In this document: in pieces, positions 29,325-39,570 of the stretch
Layout: each line of letters begins with the position of its first letter
Position numbering within the stretch: the first letter of the stretch is position 1
Notes under the pieces: model-generated
What the model was told of the DNA's origin: nothing
The model's input: the letters and a program-made list of their open reading frames with translations, nothing else
Database searches by the model: none
Source: an uncultured Gammaproteobacteria bacterium
GTDB lineage: Bacteria > Patescibacteriota > Patescibacteriia > Magasanikbacterales > UBA922
Direction: 5' to 3'
Length of the DNA: 64,000 nucleotides
Assembly (NCBI GenBank): GCA_964345045.1
Contig: CAYFPM010000002.1
Location: 36,286 to 100,285 of the forward strand
Made by a program: the position numbers and the translations under genes

Positions 29325-30455
29325 CTACCCAAATATCACACTCTCTTCTTGTCTTTCTTGATTGGAACGGGCAATACTCTCGGCTATCCCAATTAAAAAC
29401 AGGTTAATTATAAGAGAAGACCCCCCATAACTAACAAATGGCAAAGTAAGTCCAGTTACTGGCAAAAGCCCGGTAGCAGCCCCAATATTAAAAACTACTT
29501 GTACCACAAAAAGCATTATAATCCCCATTACAGTATAAGTCCCAAAATCATTTCGACTATTTCTAGCAATTAACATCAATCGCCACAACAAAAGCATATA
29601 CAAAATCAAAACTGTTACGGCTCCAACAAAACCAAGTTCTTCGGCTATTACCGAAAAGATAAAATCTGTTTGAGCCTCTGGCAAAAAATGAAGCTGGCTT
29701 TGTGAACCAAAACCCAAACCTCTACCAAAAAACTGCCCCGCTCCAATGGCAATAATAGATTGAGTCACATTGTAACCAGCTCCCAAAGGATCGGCTTCTG
29801 GATTTAAAAAAGTGGCCAAACGATCTTTTTGATAATCTTGAAAAAGAAAAAACCAACCGATTACAAACATAAAAAGTACGGCCGAAATTAAAAATAATAG
29901 ATATCTTTTTTTGGCGCCCCCTATCAAAAGAAGACCAAACCAAATCCCCCCCAAAACCAAGGCCGATCCCAAATCTGGCTGCATCATAATTAATCCAGCT
30001 AAAACAAAGGTAATAATTCCACTAAGGACTACAAATTGTAATTTGTCGAACCTTCTTCCTTGTCTATACATAAGGAATCCCATAGCCAAAATCAAAGCTA
30101 CTTTGGAGAGCTCGGCCGGCTGAAATGAAAAACCAGCTACCCGAAACCAACCAGTGGTACCACGAATGGTAACTCCAAAAATTAGAACTCCTACCAGCAA
30201 AGCTGCCGATACAATATAGGCAAACTTGGCGCTGGCTTGATAAAAACTCATGTGTACTCTGGCGGCGATTAGCAACACAGCCGAACCGATCCCCAAAGCA
30301 ATTAACTGCGTAGGAAAATAAATAAGATCTTCTCCTCTCGACAAATCTATACTGTATATAGCGGCAAAACCAATCGAAATTAGCACAAACACCACCGCCA
30401 CCAAAAACCAATCATAGCGACGCAAAGAGGAAAGATTGTTTGAGATAAATTTCAT
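29325..30455 (-). CDS. SEDS family peptidoglycan glycosyltransferase (FtsW/RodA/SpoVE)
   Basis: 10-TM protein with a conserved GAGYNVTQS...GRGLGFGSQ region. Confidence 0.85.
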   Translation of the reverse strand: MKFISNNLSSLRRYDWFLVAVVFVLISIGFAAIYSIDLSRGEDLIYFPTQLIALGIGSAVLLIAARVHMSFYQASAKFAYIVSAALLVGVLIFGVTIRGTTGWFRVAGFSFQPAELSKVALILAMGFLMYRQGRRFDKLQFVVLSGIITFVLAGLIMMQPDLGSALVLGGIWFGLLLIGGAKKRYLLFLISAVLFMFVIGWFFLFQDYQKDRLATFLNPEADPLGAGYNVTQSIIAIGAGQFFGRGLGFGSQSQLHFLPEAQTDFIFSVIAEELGFVGAVTVLILYMLLLWRLMLIARNSRNDFGTYTVMGIIMLFVVQVVFNIGAATGLLPVTGLTLPFVSYGGSSLIINLFLIGIAESIARSNQERQEESVIFG

Positions 30456-30632
30456 ATTTGGTCAAAAACTTGTTTAGAAGATTACTCTAGCACAATGTAT
30501 TTTTATAGACAATATTTATATACTAATTTTTTGACTTATTTTAGGTAAAAAACAATCTTTTATTATTGACTAAAATAATTTTTTGTATTATATTTTTATA
30601 AAAGTTATTATATTAAAATATTTTTTACATAT

Positions 30633-30995
30633 ATGAAAAAATGTATCAATACAATTATTGTATCGGCGGTTGTGGCTATTATCTCATCTACTGTAATGTT
30701 TATCATTCTCATGGGAATGTCCGGGAGAGATAATTCCTTAGAGAAAGGAGCACCACAGGCAGCATTTTCTGCCGAGAGCGAAATCCCTATGCCATGTCTT
30801 GCCCAACGTTGTGGCAGCTACGATCCGGATACAAACGACTTTGTAGAAGGAGCACAAGAATATGCCACACTTGTGGACATTATTGATATGGCCTGTCTAG
30901 GTATGATCGGACAAGATCGTAGTGCTATGTCACCATCGGATCAAGAGCGTGCCACCAGCTTTATCACCAAATATTGTGGCCGATTTATTTATTAG
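30633..30995 (+). CDS. hypothetical Cys-containing secreted or membrane protein
   Basis: 120 aa with an N-terminal TM/signal segment and 6 Cys residues. Confidence 0.5.
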   Translation: MKKCINTIIVSAVVAIISSTVMFIILMGMSGRDNSLEKGAPQAAFSAESEIPMPCLAQRCGSYDPDTNDFVEGAQEYATLVDIIDMACLGMIGQDRSAMSPSDQERATSFITKYCGRFIY

Positions 30996-31016
30996 ACGTA
31001 TAAAAAATCAAAAAAA

Positions 31017-31036
31017 AGAGCCTCTCGGCTCTTTTT
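31017..31036 (+). terminator. intrinsic terminator
   Basis: aagagcc-tctc-ggctcttttt. Confidence 0.6.
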
Positions 31037-31119
31037 AAATTTAATTAATTATTTAATCCCCAACAAATAAAACATCTTAATACAAAAAAATCTGCGGAAT
31101 CTGTAAATAATCAGTGTAA

Positions 31120-32016
31120 TCAGCGTCCAATAAATTCCTCTTCATCAAACACATCAAAAGTTGGACTAACTACCACACTACTTACATTTATAGTGCCACC
31201 AAAATAACGCAAATCAATATTTCTTTTTTCACCTGCCAAAAATTGATCCACCACCAAATTTATAACTCCCATTCTTTGGTTGCCACTAAATAACTCTACC
31301 AAAAAAGTCGGTTCCCAATAGCTGTAGGCCGAATCATTGTAAAAATCAAACTGCACACTAGGCACTAGTGGCCCCTCGTTCAAACCGGGTGCACTAAAGT
31401 TAAAATTCTCTACCGAAAATATAATTCTTTCGTTCATAAAACCAGCTACATCGGCAATCTCATGAGCATCGACTCTCTTCCAAGTCACGTCTTCTATTTC
31501 GAACCTGGCGTTGGTAGGAAAAGAACCCAAATCTCTACCCAAAATTGCTACCGGACGTTTTGATGCCGGCATAATTATGGTTTCTACAGTTTCGGTACGA
31601 CTATTTCCAAACACAAAATAATAACGCAAAGTAGCCACCCAATCTTCGTTTATATTGTTTATATCAGCCACAAAGTCATACTTACTGGCCGAACTTTGGT
31701 ATACGCTTATTCTTTCTACTTGCAAATCTTTGGCTCCGTATAATTCGTGCAATGGAACAAAGTTGGTAACTTGTTCTAGTTGTGAACGATGCAATTGCAA
31801 GTCTTGATTGTAACCCACAAACAAATAATGCCCCCACATAAACAAACTAAAACCAACCGTAACTATACACCAAACAACCAAAATTCCTTTACCCATATTG
31901 GCCAATTGCAATTTGTGTTTTAGATACCATTCCCCCATTCTAAGTTTGCGATTGCTAAATTCACCGGTCGGATCTTTGTATGCTTTTAATTTGTCTGGTG
32001 GCTTCTGAAAAATCAT
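31120..32016 (-). CDS. hypothetical membrane-anchored protein
   Basis: 298 aa with one TM helix near the N-terminus. Confidence 0.5.
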   Translation of the reverse strand: MIFQKPPDKLKAYKDPTGEFSNRKLRMGEWYLKHKLQLANMGKGILVVWCIVTVGFSLFMWGHYLFVGYNQDLQLHRSQLEQVTNFVPLHELYGAKDLQVERISVYQSSASKYDFVADINNINEDWVATLRYYFVFGNSRTETVETIIMPASKRPVAILGRDLGSFPTNARFEIEDVTWKRVDAHEIADVAGFMNERIIFSVENFNFSAPGLNEGPLVPSVQFDFYNDSAYSYWEPTFLVELFSGNQRMGVINLVVDQFLAGEKRNIDLRYFGGTINVSSVVVSPTFDVFDEEEFIGR

Positions 32017-32032
32017 AACTTTGTAAGCAAGG

Positions 32033-32108
32033 TAAGTAATAAGCAGATTAAGCAGAGTAAAAATTATTTATGTTACTTACTCTGTCTATTCTGCTTAATC
32101 TGCTTATC
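32033..32108. repeat. AAGCAGATTA(G/A)GCAG palindromic repeat, copy 1
   Basis: taataagcagattaagcagagtaa...ttactctg..ctgcttaatctgcttat inverted arms. Confidence 0.65.
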
Positions 32109-32281
32109 TAATGCTACAATTATACACCAAAAATAAGCCTAATTACACCCCTTGTTTTATATATAGAAAAATGATAAAATCTAGAAGAAATAAAAAGCAT
32201 GAAATCATTAATCTCGACTCCAGTCAGGACTTAGCCTCTCAGCTTAGAGCAAAAAACAAATTGTAAATTACATCTACATAA

Positions 32282-34441
<2,160 letters not shown>

Positions 34442-34458
34442 AAAACTCAACAAACAAA

Positions 34459-34488
34459 AAATCTCTCAAAATTTGAGAGATTTTTTAT
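34459..34488 (+). terminator. intrinsic terminator after gyrB
   Basis: atctctcaaa-at-ttgagagatttttt. Confidence 0.7.
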
Positions 34489-34573
34489 TTTCCACTAATT
34501 TCAAATTTTGAAATCACTGGAATGAGAGAGACTGGCGACATGCCCCCGTTGGCGTAGTCTCGCAAACGCTCTG

Positions 34574-35179
34574 CTAGGTATAACAGAGCAGACGATCATT
34601 CTCTGCCGTATCTGAGTTGACACAAACTATTGCCCTCTTGGGTCTTAGTTCTTTGAGAGAAAGATTCAACCCCTCTTTTCCAGAAAGATCCACCGGATAC
34701 CTATAGGAAGACCAGGGGTGTTCCAATGGCAAGCACATCCTATGCTTGGCGTAGTTCCACCAGTCCGGAATTTTCAGCTCCAGACACTCCGAACCTATCA
34801 AAGAGGCCAAAGCGTGCCACGGATAGTCCAGAATCATGTACGGAAAAGCCGGCTCGATCTCGAAATAAGCTTCGAAGGGATCGACACCAGACAGATCTTG
34901 AAGACTCTGGGGTTTGTTCGTAGGCTCGAGCGGACTCCTCGTGACCGAGACCTTGAACTCGAAGTGGTAGTTGACCACGGCTCGAGTACTCGGCTGGTCG
35001 GCCTGGCAAGTGCAGACGGAGGAGTCCAGGCTCTGGCTTTCTACCGACTGGGGTGGTAGCCCCAGGGACAAGGCAAAAGAGAGCAAGGCGACAGCCAAGG
35101 CGAATAGGGACAAAGTTCCCCAGATCCTCTCCTGGCTATTCGGGCAAGAAGATTGCAAATTGTATTGTGACATTGTCAC
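34574..35179 (-). CDS. hypothetical secreted protein on a GC-rich island
   Basis: GC about 55%; hydrophobic N-terminal segment; probable ATG at 35173 with SD aggagg 6 nt upstream (the ORF track uses GTG at 35179). Confidence 0.55.
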   Translation of the reverse strand: MTMSQYNLQSSCPNSQERIWGTLSLFALAVALLSFALSLGLPPQSVESQSLDSSVCTCQADQPSTRAVVNYHFEFKVSVTRSPLEPTNKPQSLQDLSGVDPFEAYFEIEPAFPYMILDYPWHALASLIGSECLELKIPDWWNYAKHRMCLPLEHPWSSYRYPVDLSGKEGLNLSLKELRPKRAIVCVNSDTAENDRLLCYT

Positions 35180-35213
35180 CTCCTACTTATCAGTTTATCC
35201 ACTCTTGGCAAAC

Positions 35214-35242
35214 TTGACAAGTGGCTCAAATTAGGCTATATT
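35214..35242 (+). promoter_or_regulatory. sigma70 promoter upstream of secE-nusG
   Basis: TTGACA, a 17-nt spacer, then TATATT. Confidence 0.55.
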
Positions 35243-35367
35243 AAGCCTATCATCAATTTCGGCCAAAAGGCCGTTTTAAAATACTTTTTTGTTTGCAAAG
35301 GCTAACAAAGCTGGCAAGGCCTTGTAAGCCTTCTAGGCCTCCTAAGCCTTGCAAGCCTCTAACGCAT

Positions 35368-35562
35368 ATGAACAAAGCTCTAAAAGCTGCCCAAGACTAT
35401 TTCAAAGGATCTATCTCTGAAATGAAAAAAGTCGTTTGGCCTAGCAAAAGACAAACTCAAATCTATACTCTAATCGTAATCGCCATGAGTATTGGCGTAG
35501 CCGTATTTTTTGGAGTACTCGATTATATTTTCAATATTGCCCTAGAGCAAGTAATTAAATAA
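35368..35562 (+). CDS. secE: preprotein translocase subunit SecE
   Basis: Motif SEMKKVVWPSKRQTQIYTLIVIAMSIGVAVFFGVLDY, immediately upstream of nusG; the ORF-track start at 35293 would add a Pro/Lys-rich N-terminal extension. Confidence 0.7.
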   Translation: MNKALKAAQDYFKGSISEMKKVVWPSKRQTQIYTLIVIAMSIGVAVFFGVLDYIFNIALEQVIK

Positions 35563-35585
35563 AATTTGGATTACACATAATTTTT

Positions 35586-36131
35586 ATGGCCAAGCAAACA
35601 TTAAAATTAGGTCGTCGCTGGTATGTACTACATACCTACAGTGGCTACGAAGAAAACGTAAAACACAATTTAGAACAACGTATCGAATCTTTTGATATGC
35701 AAGACAAAATTTTTAGTGTCTTGGTACCAAAGGAAAAAAAGATTAAAATCAAAAATGGTAAACGCCAAGTAATCGAAGAAAAAATCTTCCCAGGTTATGT
35801 AATGGTTGAAATGAATGTAACCGATGATTCTTGGTATGTAGTAAGAAACACCCCAAACGTAACTGGTTTTATTGGTTCTGGGACAACTCCTACTCCTATT
35901 GATCCCAAAGAAATGGAAAACTTACAAAAACGTATGGGTGTGGCCGATCCAACCCACACTATTGACGTAGCTGTAGAAGATCCAGTTCGTATTGTCGATG
36001 GACCATTTAAGAATTTTGAAGGAAAAGTAAGCGCTGTAGACGAAGGTCGTGGCAAGATCAAAGTACTAGTAAGTATGTTTGGCCGCGAAACTCCAATCGA
36101 ACTAGATGCTCTTCAAGTGAAAAAAATCTAA
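35586..36131 (+). CDS. nusG: transcription termination/antitermination factor NusG
   Basis: NGN and KOW domains (WYVLHTYSGYE, IFPGYVMVEM). Confidence 0.9.
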   Translation: MAKQTLKLGRRWYVLHTYSGYEENVKHNLEQRIESFDMQDKIFSVLVPKEKKIKIKNGKRQVIEEKIFPGYVMVEMNVTDDSWYVVRNTPNVTGFIGSGTTPTPIDPKEMENLQKRMGVADPTHTIDVAVEDPVRIVDGPFKNFEGKVSAVDEGRGKIKVLVSMFGRETPIELDALQVKKI

Positions 36132-36236
36132 AAAGGCCGGAGAGGCCTAAGATGCTAAAAAGGCTTGAAAGATCAACTTTCAGCTTCTAGCTTTTCCGGC
36201 ATCTCTAGCTTCTCAAGCTTTTTATATATAATATAT

Positions 36237-36662
36237 ATGTCTAAAAAACTATTAACTCAAATCAAACTTCAAATCATGGGTGGGGCAGCCAATCCGGCTC
36301 CTCCAGTTGGTCCGGCTCTGGGTCAACATGGTCTAAACATCCAAGATTTTTGTACTCAGTTCAACAACGCTACTGCCGACAAAAAAGGCGAAGTGGTGCC
36401 GGTAGTAATCAATGTTTACGAAGATCGTAGCTTTGACTTTATTACCAAAGTTGCCCCAGCTAGCGCTCTTATTAAGAAAGCGGCTGGTCTAAAAAGTGGT
36501 TCTGGCAATCCACTCAAGGACAAAGTTGGCAAAATCACCCAAGCCCAACTTCGTGAAATTGCCGAAAAGAAAATGCCAGACCTAAACGCCAACGATGTAG
36601 AAGCCGCTATGAAAATTATAGCCGGTACTGCCAGACAAATGGGCGTACAAGTAGAAGAATAA
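36237..36662 (+). CDS. rplK: 50S ribosomal protein L11
   Basis: [32 protein letters not shown]...; the ORF-track start at 36165 is an artefactual extension. Confidence 0.9.
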   Translation: MSKKLLTQIKLQIMGGAANPAPPVGPALGQHGLNIQDFCTQFNNATADKKGEVVPVVINVYEDRSFDFITKVAPASALIKKAAGLKSGSGNPLKDKVGKITQAQLREIAEKKMPDLNANDVEAAMKIIAGTARQMGVQVEE

Positions 36663-36680
36663 AAATCTATACACACAAAA

Positions 36681-36709
36681 ATCAACCCGAAAGGGTTGAT
36701 TTTTATTTT
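36681..36709. terminator. bidirectional intrinsic terminator after rplK
   Basis: aaaaatcaaccc-gaaa-gggttgatttttatttt. Confidence 0.75.
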
Positions 36710-36714
36710 GAAAT

Positions 36715-37005
36715 ATGTTTGTATTGTAAATGCTGAGGCAGCCAGATATTGCTCAATGGGCTTGGGATGCAAGCCTTAGTGTGGGACCGCGCTTCTAGTC
36801 CGAGCGCCTTAGACGCTGCACCTTATCTACGCAAGTAAGATAAGGGAGTTCTGCATAACATCCCCGGAGTTGGTGCGGGCGACTTCGTTAGAGGGTTCTT
36901 CTGCCGGAGGCAGTTGTAAACCGAGTTTCGTACTCATATACTCAAACCAAAAATCATATTGGAGCTAAATCTTCGTATGAACCCGCACTCGATTCATATC
37001 CAAAA
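36715..37005. ncRNA. candidate structured ncRNA (unidentified family)
   Basis: About 290 nt at roughly 50% GC in a 38% background; no ORF of 60 aa or more; bounded by two bidirectional terminators; multiple local hairpins (ggcttg/caagcc, ccttatct/agataagg, ctgcc/ggcag). Confidence 0.4.
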
Positions 37006-37029
37006 ACCAGCCAACAGGCTGGTTTTTAC
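37005..37029. terminator. bidirectional intrinsic terminator
   Basis: aaaaaccagcc-aaca-ggctggttttt. Confidence 0.75.
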
Positions 37030-37086
37030 TTTCCAGCTTGTTGGTGCTAAAATAGATACATAATTCATTAATCATTAATTAAAAAT

Positions 37087-37512
37087 ATGAACCAAGATAA
37101 AAAAAATATTATTAGAAATATCTATCTTTATCTAGTAACTTTGATCGGGTTAATTATGGTGGTTATTCCAGCAGTAGACCTAATCAAGATTACCCTAGAG
37201 TCTACCCTATTCCCCCTAGCTGCCGAAGATGAGTACTACGATCGCGGCCCAGAACCATACATGCTAAAAACAAACATAGATCCAAATAGCACCGAACCAG
37301 TTACAACAGTTACTCTAAACGAATCCGACCAACAGCTATTTGAAAACTGGAAAGAAAATTATAGACGATGGGAAGAACGTGAAAATGATACCGAAAAAAG
37401 AATGGCCATAAGAAGACAAAGAGCCTTGGTAAGAGATATCTCTACTCTAATTGTTGGTCTGGCACTATTCCTTTCACACGGTTCTATTATTCGCAAAAAA
37501 CACAAAAAATAA
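37087..37512 (+). CDS. hypothetical membrane-anchored protein
   Basis: 141 aa with an N-terminal TM helix and a basic C-terminus. Confidence 0.5.
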   Translation: MNQDKKNIIRNIYLYLVTLIGLIMVVIPAVDLIKITLESTLFPLAAEDEYYDRGPEPYMLKTNIDPNSTEPVTTVTLNESDQQLFENWKENYRRWEERENDTEKRMAIRRQRALVRDISTLIVGLALFLSHGSIIRKKHKK

Positions 37513-37521
37513 GTCAAACCA

Positions 37522-37549
37522 AAATCCGAGATAAACTCTCGGATTTTTT
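37522..37549 (+). terminator. intrinsic terminator
   Basis: aaatccgag-ataaact-ctcggatttttt. Confidence 0.7.
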
Positions 37550-37566
37550 AATACACAATCCTGAAC

Positions 37567-37660
37567 CTGTCATTGCGAGGGAACGATAGCGACCGTCGCA
37601 ATCTCTAATACTTTCGTGTGAGATTGCCACGCTCGGCTTTGGCCGAGCTCGCAATGACAG
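37567..37660. repeat. GTCAT-family four-segment palindromic element (gtcattgcgag variant)
   Basis: ctgtcattgcgag...cgcaatctc / gagattgc...ctcgcaatgacag; local hairpins or long-range pairing are both possible. Confidence 0.65.
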
Positions 37661-37727
37661 CATAACTAATGACAGTAGAATAAATTAATTCGTGTTATAA
37701 TATGATCATAAAAATAACAACATAATT

Positions 37728-38648
37728 ATGAAAAATAGAAACTATCACAAAATCGCCATAATCGGAGCCGGCAATGTAGGCTCGGCAGCAGCCTATGCCA
37801 TGGATATCAAGCAAGTAGCCGCTGAAATAGTTTTGATTGATAGAAACGAAAAAAAAGAAGAAGGAGAAGTAATGGACATTGCCGATGGGCTTTGTTTTGT
37901 AGAAACAGGTTGTGTAAAAGGATCGGATTTTCGTGATGCAGCGAGTGCAGACATAATCGTAATAACTGCTGGAGCCAGGCAAAAACCCGGAGAAACCAGA
38001 CTGGATCTAGTAGAAAAAAACAAAAGTATAATGACCTCTATATTCAAAAAAGTTGGCAAAGTAAACAAAAATGCCAAAATTTTGGTAATCTCCAATCCGG
38101 TAGATGTGCTAACTCAACATATCCAAAAAATAACCAAACTCCCGGCCAATCAAGTCTTTGGCAGTGGAACTTGCCTAGACACAGCCAGACTACACACTGC
38201 TTTGGCCGACAAATTCCAGGTTAGCGCCCAAGATGTATCTGGATTTGTAATGGGAGAACATGGAGACAGTGAATTTGTGGCTTGGAGTACAGTTTCTATC
38301 GGTGGCGTACCCATAACAAAGGTAAAAGGTTTTAACAAAAGAATTGCCAACAAAATTGAAAAAGATGTTCGCAAAGAAGCTTACGAAATAATTAATCGCA
38401 AAGGGGCAACTTACTATGGCATTGGCCTAGTTATTGCCGACATTGCCGAAGCTATTTTGTACAATCAACAAAAAATATTGCCGGTTACTTCTGTACTAAA
38501 CAAATGGAATGGATTGAGTGGTGTGGCTCTGGGTGTACCGAGTATAGTAGGTGCAGATGGTATCAAAGATTATTGGCCAATTCCGTTATCCAAAGAAGAA
38601 AAAAAGAAGTTGCAAGCTTCTGCCAAAGTGATTAGGGAGTATTTGTAG
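37728..38648 (+). CDS. ldh: L-lactate dehydrogenase (LDH/MDH family; Gln at the substrate-specificity position)
   Basis: Motifs IIGAGNVGS, GARQKPGETRLDL and GEHGDSE. Confidence 0.8.
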   Translation: MKNRNYHKIAIIGAGNVGSAAAYAMDIKQVAAEIVLIDRNEKKEEGEVMDIADGLCFVETGCVKGSDFRDAASADIIVITAGARQKPGETRLDLVEKNKSIMTSIFKKVGKVNKNAKILVISNPVDVLTQHIQKITKLPANQVFGSGTCLDTARLHTALADKFQVSAQDVSGFVMGEHGDSEFVAWSTVSIGGVPITKVKGFNKRIANKIEKDVRKEAYEIINRKGATYYGIGLVIADIAEAILYNQQKILPVTSVLNKWNGLSGVALGVPSIVGADGIKDYWPIPLSKEEKKKLQASAKVIREYL

Positions 38649-38689
38649 GTTGGTTAAATATTTGTATATGAAAAATAAAAAATGACCAC

Positions 38690-38712
38690 GATGGTCATTT
38701 TTACTTTGTATA
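38690..38712 (+). terminator. intrinsic terminator after ldh
   Basis: aatgacc-acgat-ggtcatttttac. Confidence 0.6.
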
Positions 38713-38895
38713 TTTTTAGTACCTCTTACAACACTGTGTATCTGGCTCAATTAACAAGTAATTTCATTTACATTTTATTATATTGATTATCTTTTTCTGA
38801 AAGAATATTTGGCTCATCAATAACCAAAAGGAATCTGTGTGGAACCGTCGCTCCAACTCCACACAGATGGTGGTAGAAGCGACGGTTCCTGTCCG

Positions 38896-39228
38896 TCAGT
38901 TCAAGATGCCCGAAACTCCGAATTTCGCCACCCAGAAGTAGATGGTCTTCCCCCACCACGAGTGGGGTTCGAGCGGATTGACGTTGTAGATGCCTCCAGG
39001 CTGTGGAGACAGCTCAAGAAGAGTGCCATCGTGGAACGTCGTCACTCGATCGACGATACCCACGATCAGGTCCCAGAAACGAACCGGAACTCTCAAACTC
39101 TTACAGACCATCTCATGGTCAATCTTCGGAAGGTTGACCCGACGCACGGCGTGAGCCAAACTGCTGGGGTTGAGGGGTCGGCCACTATCGTCAAGAATGG
39201 AACGTCTGTACCAATCTGATTGCATCAA
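38896..39228 (-). CDS. hypothetical protein on a GC-rich island
   Basis: GC about 55% across 38830-39290; probable ATG at 39225 with SD ggagg 8 nt upstream. Confidence 0.5.
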   Translation of the reverse strand: MMQSDWYRRSILDDSGRPLNPSSLAHAVRRVNLPKIDHEMVCKSLRVPVRFWDLIVGIVDRVTTFHDGTLLELSPQPGGIYNVNPLEPHSWWGKTIYFWVAKFGVSGILN

Positions 39229-39570
39229 GATCTCCTCCGAGGTTATGCCGGCTGGTGAACTCCAGACGGACGTTTCACAATATCATAAAAATGGACATTT
39301 GTCAATGATTTAGTTAAAATTTTAGCTAATTTTAGCTCTTTTCTACCAAAAGATTTAAAATTAATGTCTATCGTTGTTTGGATGTTGAAGTTTCTAGTTT
39401 TGGAAAAACAAAAAAAAGAGGCTTTAACCTTATATTTCGAAAACAAAGAGCCGAACTTCGCATACACCGAAACGTTGTGATGGAATCACTCACCCTACTC
39501 TATTGAGAGCAATTAAAAAAATCAATCAAAAAACCCCTCTTTCTCGAGGAGTTTTTTAATTTATCTTTAT

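Noticed and set aside
36715-37005. Specific identity (RNase P, SRP or tmRNA) for the candidate ncRNA
   Set aside because: Only weak partial resemblance to RNase P CR-I/CR-IV. The P4 partners are ~100 nt apart, too close for RNase P. No SRP domain-IV GGAA/AGCAGC motif and no tmRNA tRNA-like end were found, so it is left unclassified.
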